Shown: piece by piece, positions 30,892-39,913 of the stretch
How the letters are laid out: each line of letters starts with the position of its first letter
Position numbering within the stretch: the first letter of the stretch is position 1
Origin: an uncultured Candidatus Izemoplasmatales bacterium
GTDB taxonomy: Bacteria; Bacillota_I; Bacilli_A; Izemoplasmatales; Izemoplasmataceae
Assembly: GCA_964395055.1 (NCBI GenBank)
Contig: CAYNAA010000004.1
Coordinates: 1,830-65,829, forward strand
Direction: 5' to 3'
DNA length: 64,000 bases
The notes under the pieces: generated by a model
The model's input: only the letters and a program-made list of their open reading frames with translations
The model's database searches: none
What the model was told of the DNA's origin: nothing
Made by a program: the position numbers and the translations under genes

Positions 30892-31730
30892 TAACAGAAA
30901 AACAGCGTAAAATGGAGATTCTTTTGGGTTTAACATCTAGAACACAACGTTCTATGGCTCCGCCAATGAAATATCCTGGATCTAAGTATAATTCATTACC
31001 AGAAATTTTGCCAGAATTACCCTATACTTCAATGTATGTAGAAGTTTTTGGGGGTGCTGCAACGGTTTTATTAAATCGTGCTCCTGTTAATTTTGAAGTA
31101 TACAATGATCGTTTTTCGGGGATAGTGGCATTTTTTCGGGCTGTACGGGATTACCCTTTTGAATTGATAGCAAGAGTTGAATTAATGCTACATTCAAGAG
31201 AAGAATGGGAACGATGTCGTGCAACTTGGCATCAACCTAATATTGGTGTTGTAGAAAGAGCAGCTAGATGGTATTATATGACACGATATTCTGTTCTTGG
31301 AAGGGGAGATTCGTGGGCAAGAATTAGAAAACCTGGATTGCCAATAGCAAGTAGTATGAAGAAAAGACTTGATCTACTTCAACGAATTGCTGATCGTTTT
31401 GAAAAAGTACAAATTGAAAATTTGGATTGGCGCGAAATACTAAATGATTACGATCATCCACAAGCAGTATTTTATTTAGATCCCCCTTATCTTAATTCAA
31501 ATAGAGCTGGATACAAACAATCAATGACTGTTAAAGATCACAAAGAAATGATCAAACAAATAAGTGAAATGAAAGCATATGTAGTATTATCAGGGTATGA
31601 GAATGATATTTACAACGTTGATTTTTGGGATCGCAAGAAAACTTGGGCGCGTAAGGATAATGCTTCAGTGATACTAGGAGAAGGAATGGGCACACAATAT
31701 GAAGTATTGTGGATAAAGGAAGCGCGATGA
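30888..31730 (+). CDS. dam: DNA N6-adenine methyltransferase (Dam/D12 class)
   Basis: KYPGSKYN, VEVFGGAATV (FxGxG) and FYLDPPYL (the DPPY catalytic motif). Confidence 0.85.
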   Translation: MITEKQRKMEILLGLTSRTQRSMAPPMKYPGSKYNSLPEILPELPYTSMYVEVFGGAATVLLNRAPVNFEVYNDRFSGIVAFFRAVRDYPFELIARVELMLHSREEWERCRATWHQPNIGVVERAARWYYMTRYSVLGRGDSWARIRKPGLPIASSMKKRLDLLQRIADRFEKVQIENLDWREILNDYDHPQAVFYLDPPYLNSNRAGYKQSMTVKDHKEMIKQISEMKAYVVLSGYENDIYNVDFWDRKKTWARKDNASVILGEGMGTQYEVLWIKEAR

Positions 31731-32377
31731 AACACCTCAATAATCATATCCTATGTTCAATTGTTACACGTAAAAGCGGTTACGACCCTGTAATGAATGA
31801 ATTAGTAGAGTTTCTTATTTTACCTTTGGACTTAGGATTAAATCCTTCAAAGGATTTACCTTTTCATGGAGTTATAACTCCGCAATCTGAGGAAGGAAAA
31901 TTACGTAAAAATTATCGAGAATATCTTACGAAATATGGTTTACATCCTGATTTACTAATAACGACTTTTGAAAATTGGTATCAAAAGTTACAACTAAGAC
32001 ATAATAAGAGAATTATCCCTTTAGCATATAATTGGCCAGAACAATTGATTTTTCTTAGAAATTGGTTTGGGTATACCGCCGATGGCTTTCCACATATGTT
32101 TGACTTTTTTCACGAAAAAGAATACAGAGATCTATTTCCAGTAAGCCGTTATTGGAATGATTTATTATACATGAATGAGGAGTATACCCCTTTTACAAAA
32201 CTTGAATTTCTTCCAATTTGCTCAAAACTAGGAGTGCCGCACCCAAAAGATGCGACACTCTTATCTGAAGCAATAGCCTTAGCTAAAGCATATCAGAAAA
32301 TTTCAAATTTATCTATTCCTCCAGGGGTAACTCTAGATCTTCATTTTCCTGATCCAATTGACTACGAAGAATCATGA
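31727..32377 (+). CDS. catalytically degenerate paralogue of the DEDDh exonuclease
   Basis: Collinear with ORF 22257-22841, but DVETGG becomes IVTRKSG, NWSFD becomes NWPEQ, and HTARGD becomes KDATLLSE. ATG 31727 overlaps the Dam stop (ATGA) and follows AAGGAAG. Confidence 0.45.
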   Translation: MKHLNNHILCSIVTRKSGYDPVMNELVEFLILPLDLGLNPSKDLPFHGVITPQSEEGKLRKNYREYLTKYGLHPDLLITTFENWYQKLQLRHNKRIIPLAYNWPEQLIFLRNWFGYTADGFPHMFDFFHEKEYRDLFPVSRYWNDLLYMNEEYTPFTKLEFLPICSKLGVPHPKDATLLSEAIALAKAYQKISNLSIPPGVTLDLHFPDPIDYEES

Positions 32378-32624
32378 GATCTTTCAAACGGGCACGAAGA
32401 GTTTGAATTCGTTCAAGCTTTCGTGCCCGTTCGTCTTCACTTATATCTTCGTTTTTCATTGACCAAAGATCATAAGAATTTTCAGCCACAACAACTGTAA
32501 AGTATGTTGTTGTAATTAGCCGATCAATATCAACTTCTCGTGTTATTTCTGGTCGAGGGGTAAAGGCACACCCACAAGCCAGAATAACCATAAAAGGAAA
32601 AGTAATGAAAAAGTTTTTTCGCAT
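32313..32624 (-). CDS. lipoprotein, putative o-spanin
   Basis: MRKNFFITFPFMVILAC|GC gives a signal peptide plus a lipobox-like ILAC, then the Pro-containing TPRPE. Lies immediately downstream of a TM/coiled-coil gene. The track start at 32663 is TTG. ATG 32624 follows AAAGGAA. Confidence 0.45.
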   Translation of the reverse strand: MRKNFFITFPFMVILACGCAFTPRPEITREVDIDRLITTTYFTVVVAENSYDLWSMKNEDISEDERARKLERIQTLRARLKDLMILRSQLDQENEDLELPLEE

Positions 32625-32628
32625 TAGC

Positions 32629-32961
32629 CTATTCCTTTTTGAGTTGATGGACTGCGTTTTCAATCATTAGATCTATATATTCGTCACTTAGCTTACGTTG
32701 TAGTTTAATTCCCCTGGCTTCGGCATATTCTTTTGCTTTCGCTTTGGCTTTTTCACGCATTTCGGCGGCTTCTTTGTTTGTAAGTTTTCGATTTTCTGCT
32801 TTTTTATTTTCGACATAGCGCCTGTTCACCCAAATTACGGCTTCCTTAATGATTTCAAAAATCCATTTATGTTTGAATTGTTGATACCATTTCATTCCAG
32901 GAATAAATCCCAGAATAAGAAGGATAATAGGGACAACAAGTTCAAGAATTTCTATGACCAT
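32629..32961 (-). CDS. type-II membrane coiled-coil protein, putative i-spanin (or holin-like)
   Basis: From ATG 32961 (TAATG overlap with ORF 32961-35546): MVIEILELVVPIILLILGFIPG (TM helix), then a charged helical region. Confidence 0.4.
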   Translation of the reverse strand: MVIEILELVVPIILLILGFIPGMKWYQQFKHKWIFEIIKEAVIWVNRRYVENKKAENRKLTNKEAAEMREKAKAKAKEYAEARGIKLQRKLSDEYIDLMIENAVHQLKKE

Positions 32962-35546
32962 TATTCTTCTCCTATTTTCGTGTTGGTAATAACCGTGATC
33001 TCTACGGACCAATCCGTAGGATTTAAGGTTATTTCTTCAATTCTCCCCTTTACCCCGTTAGGCAAATTTCCGCCAACTTTACCCCAATCAGGATGTACAA
33101 TTAAAGGTAAACCTTCATTTTCCAAGAAAGTTAGGGGTAATTGATAATCTAATAAAAGATAATCATTTGGCAGTAAATAACGATCATTAGTTAAGAAAAC
33201 ATCTAAAAAGGTTTTGAAAGTTACCTTTTGCCAGACATTTGCATAATAATTTAACCACCAATATAAAATAACGTTATATCCTCTTGGATCTGCATCATCA
33301 ACAGTACTGATCCAGTTAGCTAGATTATAAGGATCTGCTCCGAAAGTATTAAGTTGATCCAATTTTCGGTTGGTAACGATTTCAATATTTTCTACGAGTT
33401 CGTCATGTTTGTCTATTGAAGCTTGATCTCGTAGAATAATTTGTCCTTTTGTCCAGGAACCTCTACATTTGAAAATATTTTTTACATCTCCCACATCTGA
33501 ATAAGAAATAGTCAGTGTTGATTGTTCTGTGTTGCCCTCATTTATTACTCTTTTTGCCGTGTTTTCAGCCAAAAGATCAACAAGGATTGCTTGATTATTG
33601 TATAATTGAATAGCTTTTCCATGTTCAAAAGCCAAATTCGCTAACCATGTTTTTACTTCTTGACTTTCTTGTACACATATATTTATAGGGCGGTGTTTTG
33701 TTAGATTAGGGTTAATTGTGAAAGTATTATCGGTGTATAACTCTATGATTTTTTGAAAAACTTTTTCATCGGTATCATATTCATTTATTGCTGAAACAAC
33801 TAATTCAATATTGTCGACATCTTGAAACATAGCTAAAGGTGCTAAGATAATAAAAGTAACTTCTCTTGGAAGATAAGGACATTCATCAGGCGAGAAATGA
33901 TTAACCATATCCAATAAAGCTTCAGGAACAACCTCATTAGTTGTACCATAACTAACAATAAAAGTATGCCCATCTTCTTCAGAAAAACTATATTTAATTA
34001 CATTATAATCTGTTAATGGATTTAATGGATATAGCTGACCTTCATGTTTGATATAGGCATGATTGATAGAAGTATCAACATCAAGAGTCACAGGAAATAA
34101 TAAAGTTGGCCACCAATTTACTAAAGATATTTCTGCACCTTGTTTCAAGGCAATACTTAAATGTTTTTCTCCGGTTACAGGATTTGGTTCATACTTTCTT
34201 TTATGCTTATCGGCACGTTGTGATTTAATGGTTGCTGTTTCATATGGGTCCTGTGTTCCTGGCTTAAAAAGTTTATTATTAATGACTAATTCAATAAAAG
34301 TAACAGAATATCCTGATAAGGAAAATTCTTTTTCTTCTTCATCCATAATCTCATCTAACCACAGCACTAAACCATTTTGATCAACGACTTTGGCCCATAA
34401 CGTGATCCAATTTGCTTCATACTCATCATTCATATTAACACTGGTACTTACGGCATGAAAGCGTATAAACTTGTCTTTTAACCAGGGTTGCCCGCCAGCA
34501 TGATATTCTTCAATTGGAAAAGGAACTGTTATTGTTGTGGAAGATTCTAAGTCACCATGAATATTAAATGTAGAAGAAGGAGTAAAGGAACCATAGCCCA
34601 ACATTGTTATGATATTTGGGTAGTAATTTTGGTTATCTTCTTCATAGGCCAGTTGTGTTTCAAATTGCGGCGGGGACCACGCTACAATATTATTATATAA
34701 AGGAATATTAAAATCAATGGCTTTAAAGATAGGGCCAGCTCCGAAATCTTGAAAATATCCATATGCCCTAATTGACCCGCCTTCAATTTGTATATCTACT
34801 TCTTGATTTCCTTCATAATTTCCACCATAAAAACTTTTCGGAGGGAGACGATCATAATCCTCAGGATCAATTGCAAAATCGGTACATGTATCTGTTTTCG
34901 CTCTAAGATATACCGTTTCTCCCGTGAAATCCAAATAAGAAAATTCTGGAGGATAAGCCCCATCTTTATTTGGCATGATCCAAACGAAATTCTGTATTAA
35001 TCTTGTTGAAGGTTTATTAATAACTGGCCCTAATGATGCATAAGTTACATTTCCAAAAATATGTGGCCATGGTTTATTGGCGAGATTAAGTTGTAAATAC
35101 ATATGCTCTTCAAAACTAGGTTGAAAACCAAATTGACGATATTCAATATTTGAAACAATATCAATATTTAAGCTACGATCTTCTTCTTTCCAATCTATGG
35201 GACTTTTTGCTTTACCTGTCATAATTGTTCTTTGAATATATTTGGTATGGGATTCTCGAATTAACAATATAATATTAAATTTTAAGGTATACAGATCAGT
35301 ATGTTCCAACATATATTTAAATTGTCCCGTGAAATCATTAAAAATAATACTTACAGAACCTACACTACCAAAACCATCAACTTCCGTAGTTTGTGAAAAA
35401 GGTCCGACTTGAGAAATTGTTCCTTGAATATCTACATTTAAGGGATTTAATTTTTTAGGAATTTCTTGCATAGCGTGATATTCTTTTGATCCATCAGGAT
35501 AAAGAATTTCAACAACAATAATCGGCTCAATCCCGGTTTTTCTCAT
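32961..35546 (-). CDS. tail/baseplate structural protein (861 aa)
   Basis: Last large gene of the virion block, coupled by start/stop overlaps. No enzymatic motif recognised. Confidence 0.45.
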   Translation of the reverse strand: MRKTGIEPIIVVEILYPDGSKEYHAMQEIPKKLNPLNVDIQGTISQVGPFSQTTEVDGFGSVGSVSIIFNDFTGQFKYMLEHTDLYTLKFNIILLIRESHTKYIQRTIMTGKAKSPIDWKEEDRSLNIDIVSNIEYRQFGFQPSFEEHMYLQLNLANKPWPHIFGNVTYASLGPVINKPSTRLIQNFVWIMPNKDGAYPPEFSYLDFTGETVYLRAKTDTCTDFAIDPEDYDRLPPKSFYGGNYEGNQEVDIQIEGGSIRAYGYFQDFGAGPIFKAIDFNIPLYNNIVAWSPPQFETQLAYEEDNQNYYPNIITMLGYGSFTPSSTFNIHGDLESSTTITVPFPIEEYHAGGQPWLKDKFIRFHAVSTSVNMNDEYEANWITLWAKVVDQNGLVLWLDEIMDEEEKEFSLSGYSVTFIELVINNKLFKPGTQDPYETATIKSQRADKHKRKYEPNPVTGEKHLSIALKQGAEISLVNWWPTLLFPVTLDVDTSINHAYIKHEGQLYPLNPLTDYNVIKYSFSEEDGHTFIVSYGTTNEVVPEALLDMVNHFSPDECPYLPREVTFIILAPLAMFQDVDNIELVVSAINEYDTDEKVFQKIIELYTDNTFTINPNLTKHRPINICVQESQEVKTWLANLAFEHGKAIQLYNNQAILVDLLAENTAKRVINEGNTEQSTLTISYSDVGDVKNIFKCRGSWTKGQIILRDQASIDKHDELVENIEIVTNRKLDQLNTFGADPYNLANWISTVDDADPRGYNVILYWWLNYYANVWQKVTFKTFLDVFLTNDRYLLPNDYLLLDYQLPLTFLENEGLPLIVHPDWGKVGGNLPNGVKGRIEEITLNPTDWSVEITVITNTKIGEE

Positions 35547-36043
35547 GGCTCGCTCCTAATGATCATCAGATTAATCGTTATTGTTGAATATTCATCTTCA
35601 ACTTCTTCTTTACCCCTCATTCCTGCGGCTCGTTCATTTGAAGTTAATACAATGTCTTCATCTAAAAAGATTACTGCATGTTTCTTATTATCAGGATCTT
35701 TATAGCCAAGAATTTTTCCTTCTGCCGATCTAACAAAATGTTCTAAGGCTAATTTTCGTTCATTTCTGATTCCATCAAAGTTTAACGCTAAAGTATAAGT
35801 TGCTGCACCTAAACGATCGGTGTTGATATATGAACGAATCTGTCCATTCATTGATCGTTTTGTAGTAATTTCAACAGATTTTGATATATCTGTGACCCAA
35901 TCTGGATTTCTTAATTTTATTGCATCTCTGAGAAAAGTAGAATAATCTAAATTCGCATCATTCCAATTTTCCATATCATATGGGGGATCCGCTATTAAAG
36001 GTGGAGTATTAACAGTTAGCCCCGGAAACCATAACCAGATCAT
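35543..36043 (-). CDS. tail structural protein (166 aa)
   Basis: Position and ATGA coupling within the tail module. Confidence 0.4.
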   Translation of the reverse strand: MIWLWFPGLTVNTPPLIADPPYDMENWNDANLDYSTFLRDAIKLRNPDWVTDISKSVEITTKRSMNGQIRSYINTDRLGAATYTLALNFDGIRNERKLALEHFVRSAEGKILGYKDPDNKKHAVIFLDEDIVLTSNERAAGMRGKEEVEDEYSTITINLMIIRSEP

Positions 36044-36462
36044 GAGATTTTCATTCTCCCTTCTGGATAGATTGTATCAACGATTTCAAAGTCAAATTGA
36101 ATTGTCATTTTACAATTATCCAATTCACCCAAAATTAGGTTTTTAGCAATTCCAATATATCGAGTACCATCTTTTAAGATTAAAATAGACATATATCCAG
36201 CGAAATATTTGAAAGCATCTTTTACTTGCTTTAACATGTTAGTGGCAGGGAGATCACCTTCCTTTGGAATATTATTAAAGGTAACTGTCCATTCTTGATC
36301 CGTTTGTCGATAAGAAGCAACAACTAAATCTTTAAAAATCTTTGATTTATTTGTCAATCGCTTACTATCCCCAAAATCCAAGAAAGGTAATTTTATTGAT
36401 AATGTCCCTATTCGCCATTCTATGAAATTAGGTTCTTCCCATAAGAAAGGATCAAAATACAT
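36040..36462 (-). CDS. tail structural protein (140 aa)
   Basis: Position and coupling within the tail module. Confidence 0.4.
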   Translation of the reverse strand: MYFDPFLWEEPNFIEWRIGTLSIKLPFLDFGDSKRLTNKSKIFKDLVVASYRQTDQEWTVTFNNIPKEGDLPATNMLKQVKDAFKYFAGYMSILILKDGTRYIGIAKNLILGELDNCKMTIQFDFEIVDTIYPEGRMKIS

Positions 36463-36465
36463 TAT

Positions 36466-38442
36466 TCAAGCCTCCAATGGTGAGTGATTATAATCGAGCA
36501 TTGAGATATATTCTACTTGTTTTACGGAAGGAGCCCTAATATCAAGTAGCGCACGTAATGCTTTGTCTTGTTCAGAAATTAATGCAAAAGCTTCAGCAAA
36601 GCTATCTCCGCCATGGGGCCAATCAAACCACTCATTCACGTCTTTATTAACATAATATGGGGGTGAGTACCAATAGTGTGCAGCTTTATCTGTTGCCCAA
36701 CTGAAATGAGCATTTAGCTTATCCCGTCGTTTTTTCAATTGTAAAATTTTATTCCAAATCACTTTACGATCCAGTTCTTTAATTCGATTCCACAGCCGCA
36801 ATTTACCTACAAAAACATGGGGATCATAATAAGCATAAGTAGCAGTATAGTTATCTTTACCTGACCATATTGGTAAACGAGTTCCTTCCTGAATATCCGC
36901 AGGCAAAGGAGCCATCAAATTTAGATTATCATAGTTTACATTCTTCACAAAGATTGGAATTCCCCTATTATCATCAGGATCAAGCCATCCAAAAATAAAT
37001 AATTCTAAATTCTCTACATTAGCAGAAAAACGATAACAATTTTCGCCAATCCAGTACCCTCGAGCATTTCTCATTTCTGAAGCATCAAGATCTTCTTGCA
37101 AAGGTGGATCAATTTTTATCCAATTTGGATTTTGGGTGCGTGTTTCACTAATTTCAATAATTCGATAAATTGTACGATGTGATTCAAAAACAACAAAATC
37201 ACCTACTCTTGTGCCACGCAATCCTGAATGATATCGTTGACCTACAGGTAAAGAAACAGAAGGATTCCATAAATCAATCTTGGTACTACCTTTTGTAGGA
37301 GCATAATTATTGTAACCTTCAACTTGTTCATGGCCATCATAATTAGCTCTTATAGGAAGTTCTGTTGCCCCCATAAAACCACCATATAATGATCCAGGTT
37401 GTAAACTCCAACCAAAAGAGGGATAATGATCAGGTAGATAACGCCAATCTTCTGTTGTATTTACGCAAACACCATATCCTAGACAAGGAATAGGGTAAGG
37501 TTCCCCCAATGTAAGTGTTGCACTTAATCCTTGAGGCCATTCTCCACCTGCGATATCTGAATAACCTGTAACAGGAACATTAACTGATTCCCATGGACCT
37601 GTCAACCACATATGATTGGTAAACCCCCAAGGTTTATTTGGTTGGTCATTTATTGTAGGTATTCCGCTTCTTGATCCTGGTCTTCCTGAACTTCCATCAT
37701 CTGTATCAATCATGACTTTACCGTTGGCATTAATTTTTGTTTCCATTAAACTATCTGGGATTACTTTACATTTAATTGAAGTATCTCCTTTGCTTGCTGC
37801 TTCAGTAATAATAAAGCCAATGCGTTCGGGATGGGTAGCAGTGATACCTTGTTTTTCCTCAGCTCGTTGTATATGAATTCCAGGTGTACCTTCTTTAAGG
37901 GGCTGAATGCCAATTTTATGCACATCATAGCCGAAAGATTTATATCCTTCTTTCGTGGCTTCCTGAGCACAAAACATTCCTCTAGTATCATAGACTATAT
38001 CCCCAGAATTTATTTCATATAATTGTGGGCCTTGATCTATATCTTGACAAGTTTTCGTATTTAATTCTAAAAGTAAAGGATTCCATACAGCATAACATAA
38101 TTCAAATGCTGTTTGGTAGTAATCTCCTAACCCACCACCAATATCTTGTAAGAGAGTATTATCCCATTCTTCTGGTCCTTTGTAAATAAGATCAGCTACT
38201 GCTCTTAAAGCCTTTAGACTTAATTCAGAGATATCTGTGGCTTTAAATGTGATATTATTCCCACAATAAGGTAACCTAACCCAACGATCTGGATCTCCTT
38301 TTTGTCCTAACCAATACGGGTAGCTATGTCGAAGAAAAAAGTCTCCAACTTTTCTGACGTAAGCAATAGCAGGAGGAGCTACCTTAATTTCTTCAAGGTC
38401 AGCTTCCAAAAGAACTTCAAAAAATGGGATGTCAGTCTTCAT
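36466..38442 (-). CDS. tail structural protein (658 aa from ATG 38442)
   Basis: GGAG sits 8 nt before ATG 38442. The N-terminus (VAPPAIAYVRKVGDFFLR) is paralogous to that of ORF 38432-39913. The upstream 77 codons of the track ORF overlap the preceding gene. Confidence 0.45.
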   Translation of the reverse strand: MKTDIPFFEVLLEADLEEIKVAPPAIAYVRKVGDFFLRHSYPYWLGQKGDPDRWVRLPYCGNNITFKATDISELSLKALRAVADLIYKGPEEWDNTLLQDIGGGLGDYYQTAFELCYAVWNPLLLELNTKTCQDIDQGPQLYEINSGDIVYDTRGMFCAQEATKEGYKSFGYDVHKIGIQPLKEGTPGIHIQRAEEKQGITATHPERIGFIITEAASKGDTSIKCKVIPDSLMETKINANGKVMIDTDDGSSGRPGSRSGIPTINDQPNKPWGFTNHMWLTGPWESVNVPVTGYSDIAGGEWPQGLSATLTLGEPYPIPCLGYGVCVNTTEDWRYLPDHYPSFGWSLQPGSLYGGFMGATELPIRANYDGHEQVEGYNNYAPTKGSTKIDLWNPSVSLPVGQRYHSGLRGTRVGDFVVFESHRTIYRIIEISETRTQNPNWIKIDPPLQEDLDASEMRNARGYWIGENCYRFSANVENLELFIFGWLDPDDNRGIPIFVKNVNYDNLNLMAPLPADIQEGTRLPIWSGKDNYTATYAYYDPHVFVGKLRLWNRIKELDRKVIWNKILQLKKRRDKLNAHFSWATDKAAHYWYSPPYYVNKDVNEWFDWPHGGDSFAEAFALISEQDKALRALLDIRAPSVKQVEYISMLDYNHSPLEA

Positions 38443-39913
38443 AAAGTAGCTCCGCAGGGTATAAGTTGCGTGACCAATCTTCCCATTCAATGTCATATTC
38501 TCCACTGAATTTTGGAAGTCTTTGCTTATAAGCTTGACTGCTATTTGTAAGATTGCATAAAAAGAGATTATGAAAAGTAAAATACTGAGCGAGTTCATTA
38601 AAATGGTTTGTATCATTAATTGGTAAGATTCTTGTAAGATCAGCAAAAGGAAGATAAATGACCATAACTTCACTTTTATCAGAATGATCTTTTTTTAAGG
38701 GTTCATCAAACTCAAAATGTTCATCATCTTGGGCTTTTAAACTATACTCTTCATCTTCAATAATTATATAGCAATTACCTTGGAAAATATTAGGTAAACC
38801 AGAAATAGAAATTGTTCCTGTATAATCTTTAGAATATTCTCCCTCTAACACACCAAAGAAAGGTGATAAAATTTGATACCAGGTTTGATCTAATTCATTA
38901 TAAGCAAGATCTCCAGGTATACATTTTTTACTCAAATATAGTCTTAGTAAATCACTTTCCGATTTTATGGAATGTATTTTTCTTGTAAAACGGGCGGGGG
39001 CATCCGCGCCCGCAATACTAAGATAATCCCAAGTTTGTTGCTTGTGCCCTTCACATAAGTCTAAAATTTCACAACTTACAATATACCATTCCCGTACTTC
39101 AATCTTAAATTCCGTGCCTTCTTCTATTGTTTGATCTAATTTCTGATTAATGAAGACTTTTGTTGTGGGTTGGCCTAAAGGTTTCCAAATACTATTAAAT
39201 CGAGAATCATCATAAGCTGGATGATCGGAATATTCATCACCTAAATTTTTACAATTGACGGTCTGATTTTCTTCATCAAATTCACAAGGATATCCACCAT
39301 CAGGATGCGGATCTTCTGTTCGACTATTCGGGTAATGTTCTAAGATCCAATATTCTTTATTATTAATGATCAACTTTGCACAGGAACCATAAGCCCCAAA
39401 AGCATCTTCTTGAAGAGGAATATTGCGACTAGAAAAAACTTTATCTGGTATTTCAATTTCAAGTCCATCTACATGAATAATTCGATCACTATTGCCATGA
39501 CTTTTTGCAATTGTTCCATATAAATTTTGAGTTCTGAATATAAAATCACCAGGATTAAGATTTTCAATTTCTGTATTATCTTCTGATCCGTAATGATGTC
39601 CAAATATTCCTTCTAACTCACCCATTCCTCTTGCTGTAGCTAAAGTATTAATGTAGTCTGGGTAATAGTCAAGATTCCATCCATTTAACCACTGTGTGTG
39701 TATCACATGAATTGGACGATCAAATTCTGGACTTGAAACATCCATATTATGCCAACCATTGCCTATACCACTATAATAAGGGGTATCAACAAAGTCTTTA
39801 ACATAGGCAAATTTTAGATAATAATTTCCATCCTCACGGCAATAAGCCATAGCCGGTGGTGCAATAGGGGAAGATCTTAACTCATCTCGTGTGGCAACTG
39901 AATGAATTATCAT
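38432..39913 (-). CDS. tail structural protein (493 aa from ATG 39913)
   Basis: ATGA overlap with ORF 39910-41253. N-terminus IAPPAMAYCREDGNYYLK. Confidence 0.45.
   Translation of the reverse strand: MIIHSVATRDELRSSPIAPPAMAYCREDGNYYLKFAYVKDFVDTPYYSGIGNGWHNMDVSSPEFDRPIHVIHTQWLNGWNLDYYPDYINTLATARGMGELEGIFGHHYGSEDNTEIENLNPGDFIFRTQNLYGTIAKSHGNSDRIIHVDGLEIEIPDKVFSSRNIPLQEDAFGAYGSCAKLIINNKEYWILEHYPNSRTEDPHPDGGYPCEFDEENQTVNCKNLGDEYSDHPAYDDSRFNSIWKPLGQPTTKVFINQKLDQTIEEGTEFKIEVREWYIVSCEILDLCEGHKQQTWDYLSIAGADAPARFTRKIHSIKSESDLLRLYLSKKCIPGDLAYNELDQTWYQILSPFFGVLEGEYSKDYTGTISISGLPNIFQGNCYIIIEDEEYSLKAQDDEHFEFDEPLKKDHSDKSEVMVIYLPFADLTRILPINDTNHFNELAQYFTFHNLFLCNLTNSSQAYKQRLPKFSGEYDIEWEDWSRNLYPAELLYED
38830..38841. 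repeat. palindrome variant TAGAATATTCTC (11/12), in CDS
   Basis: Read as G-E-Y-S-K. Confidence 0.5.
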
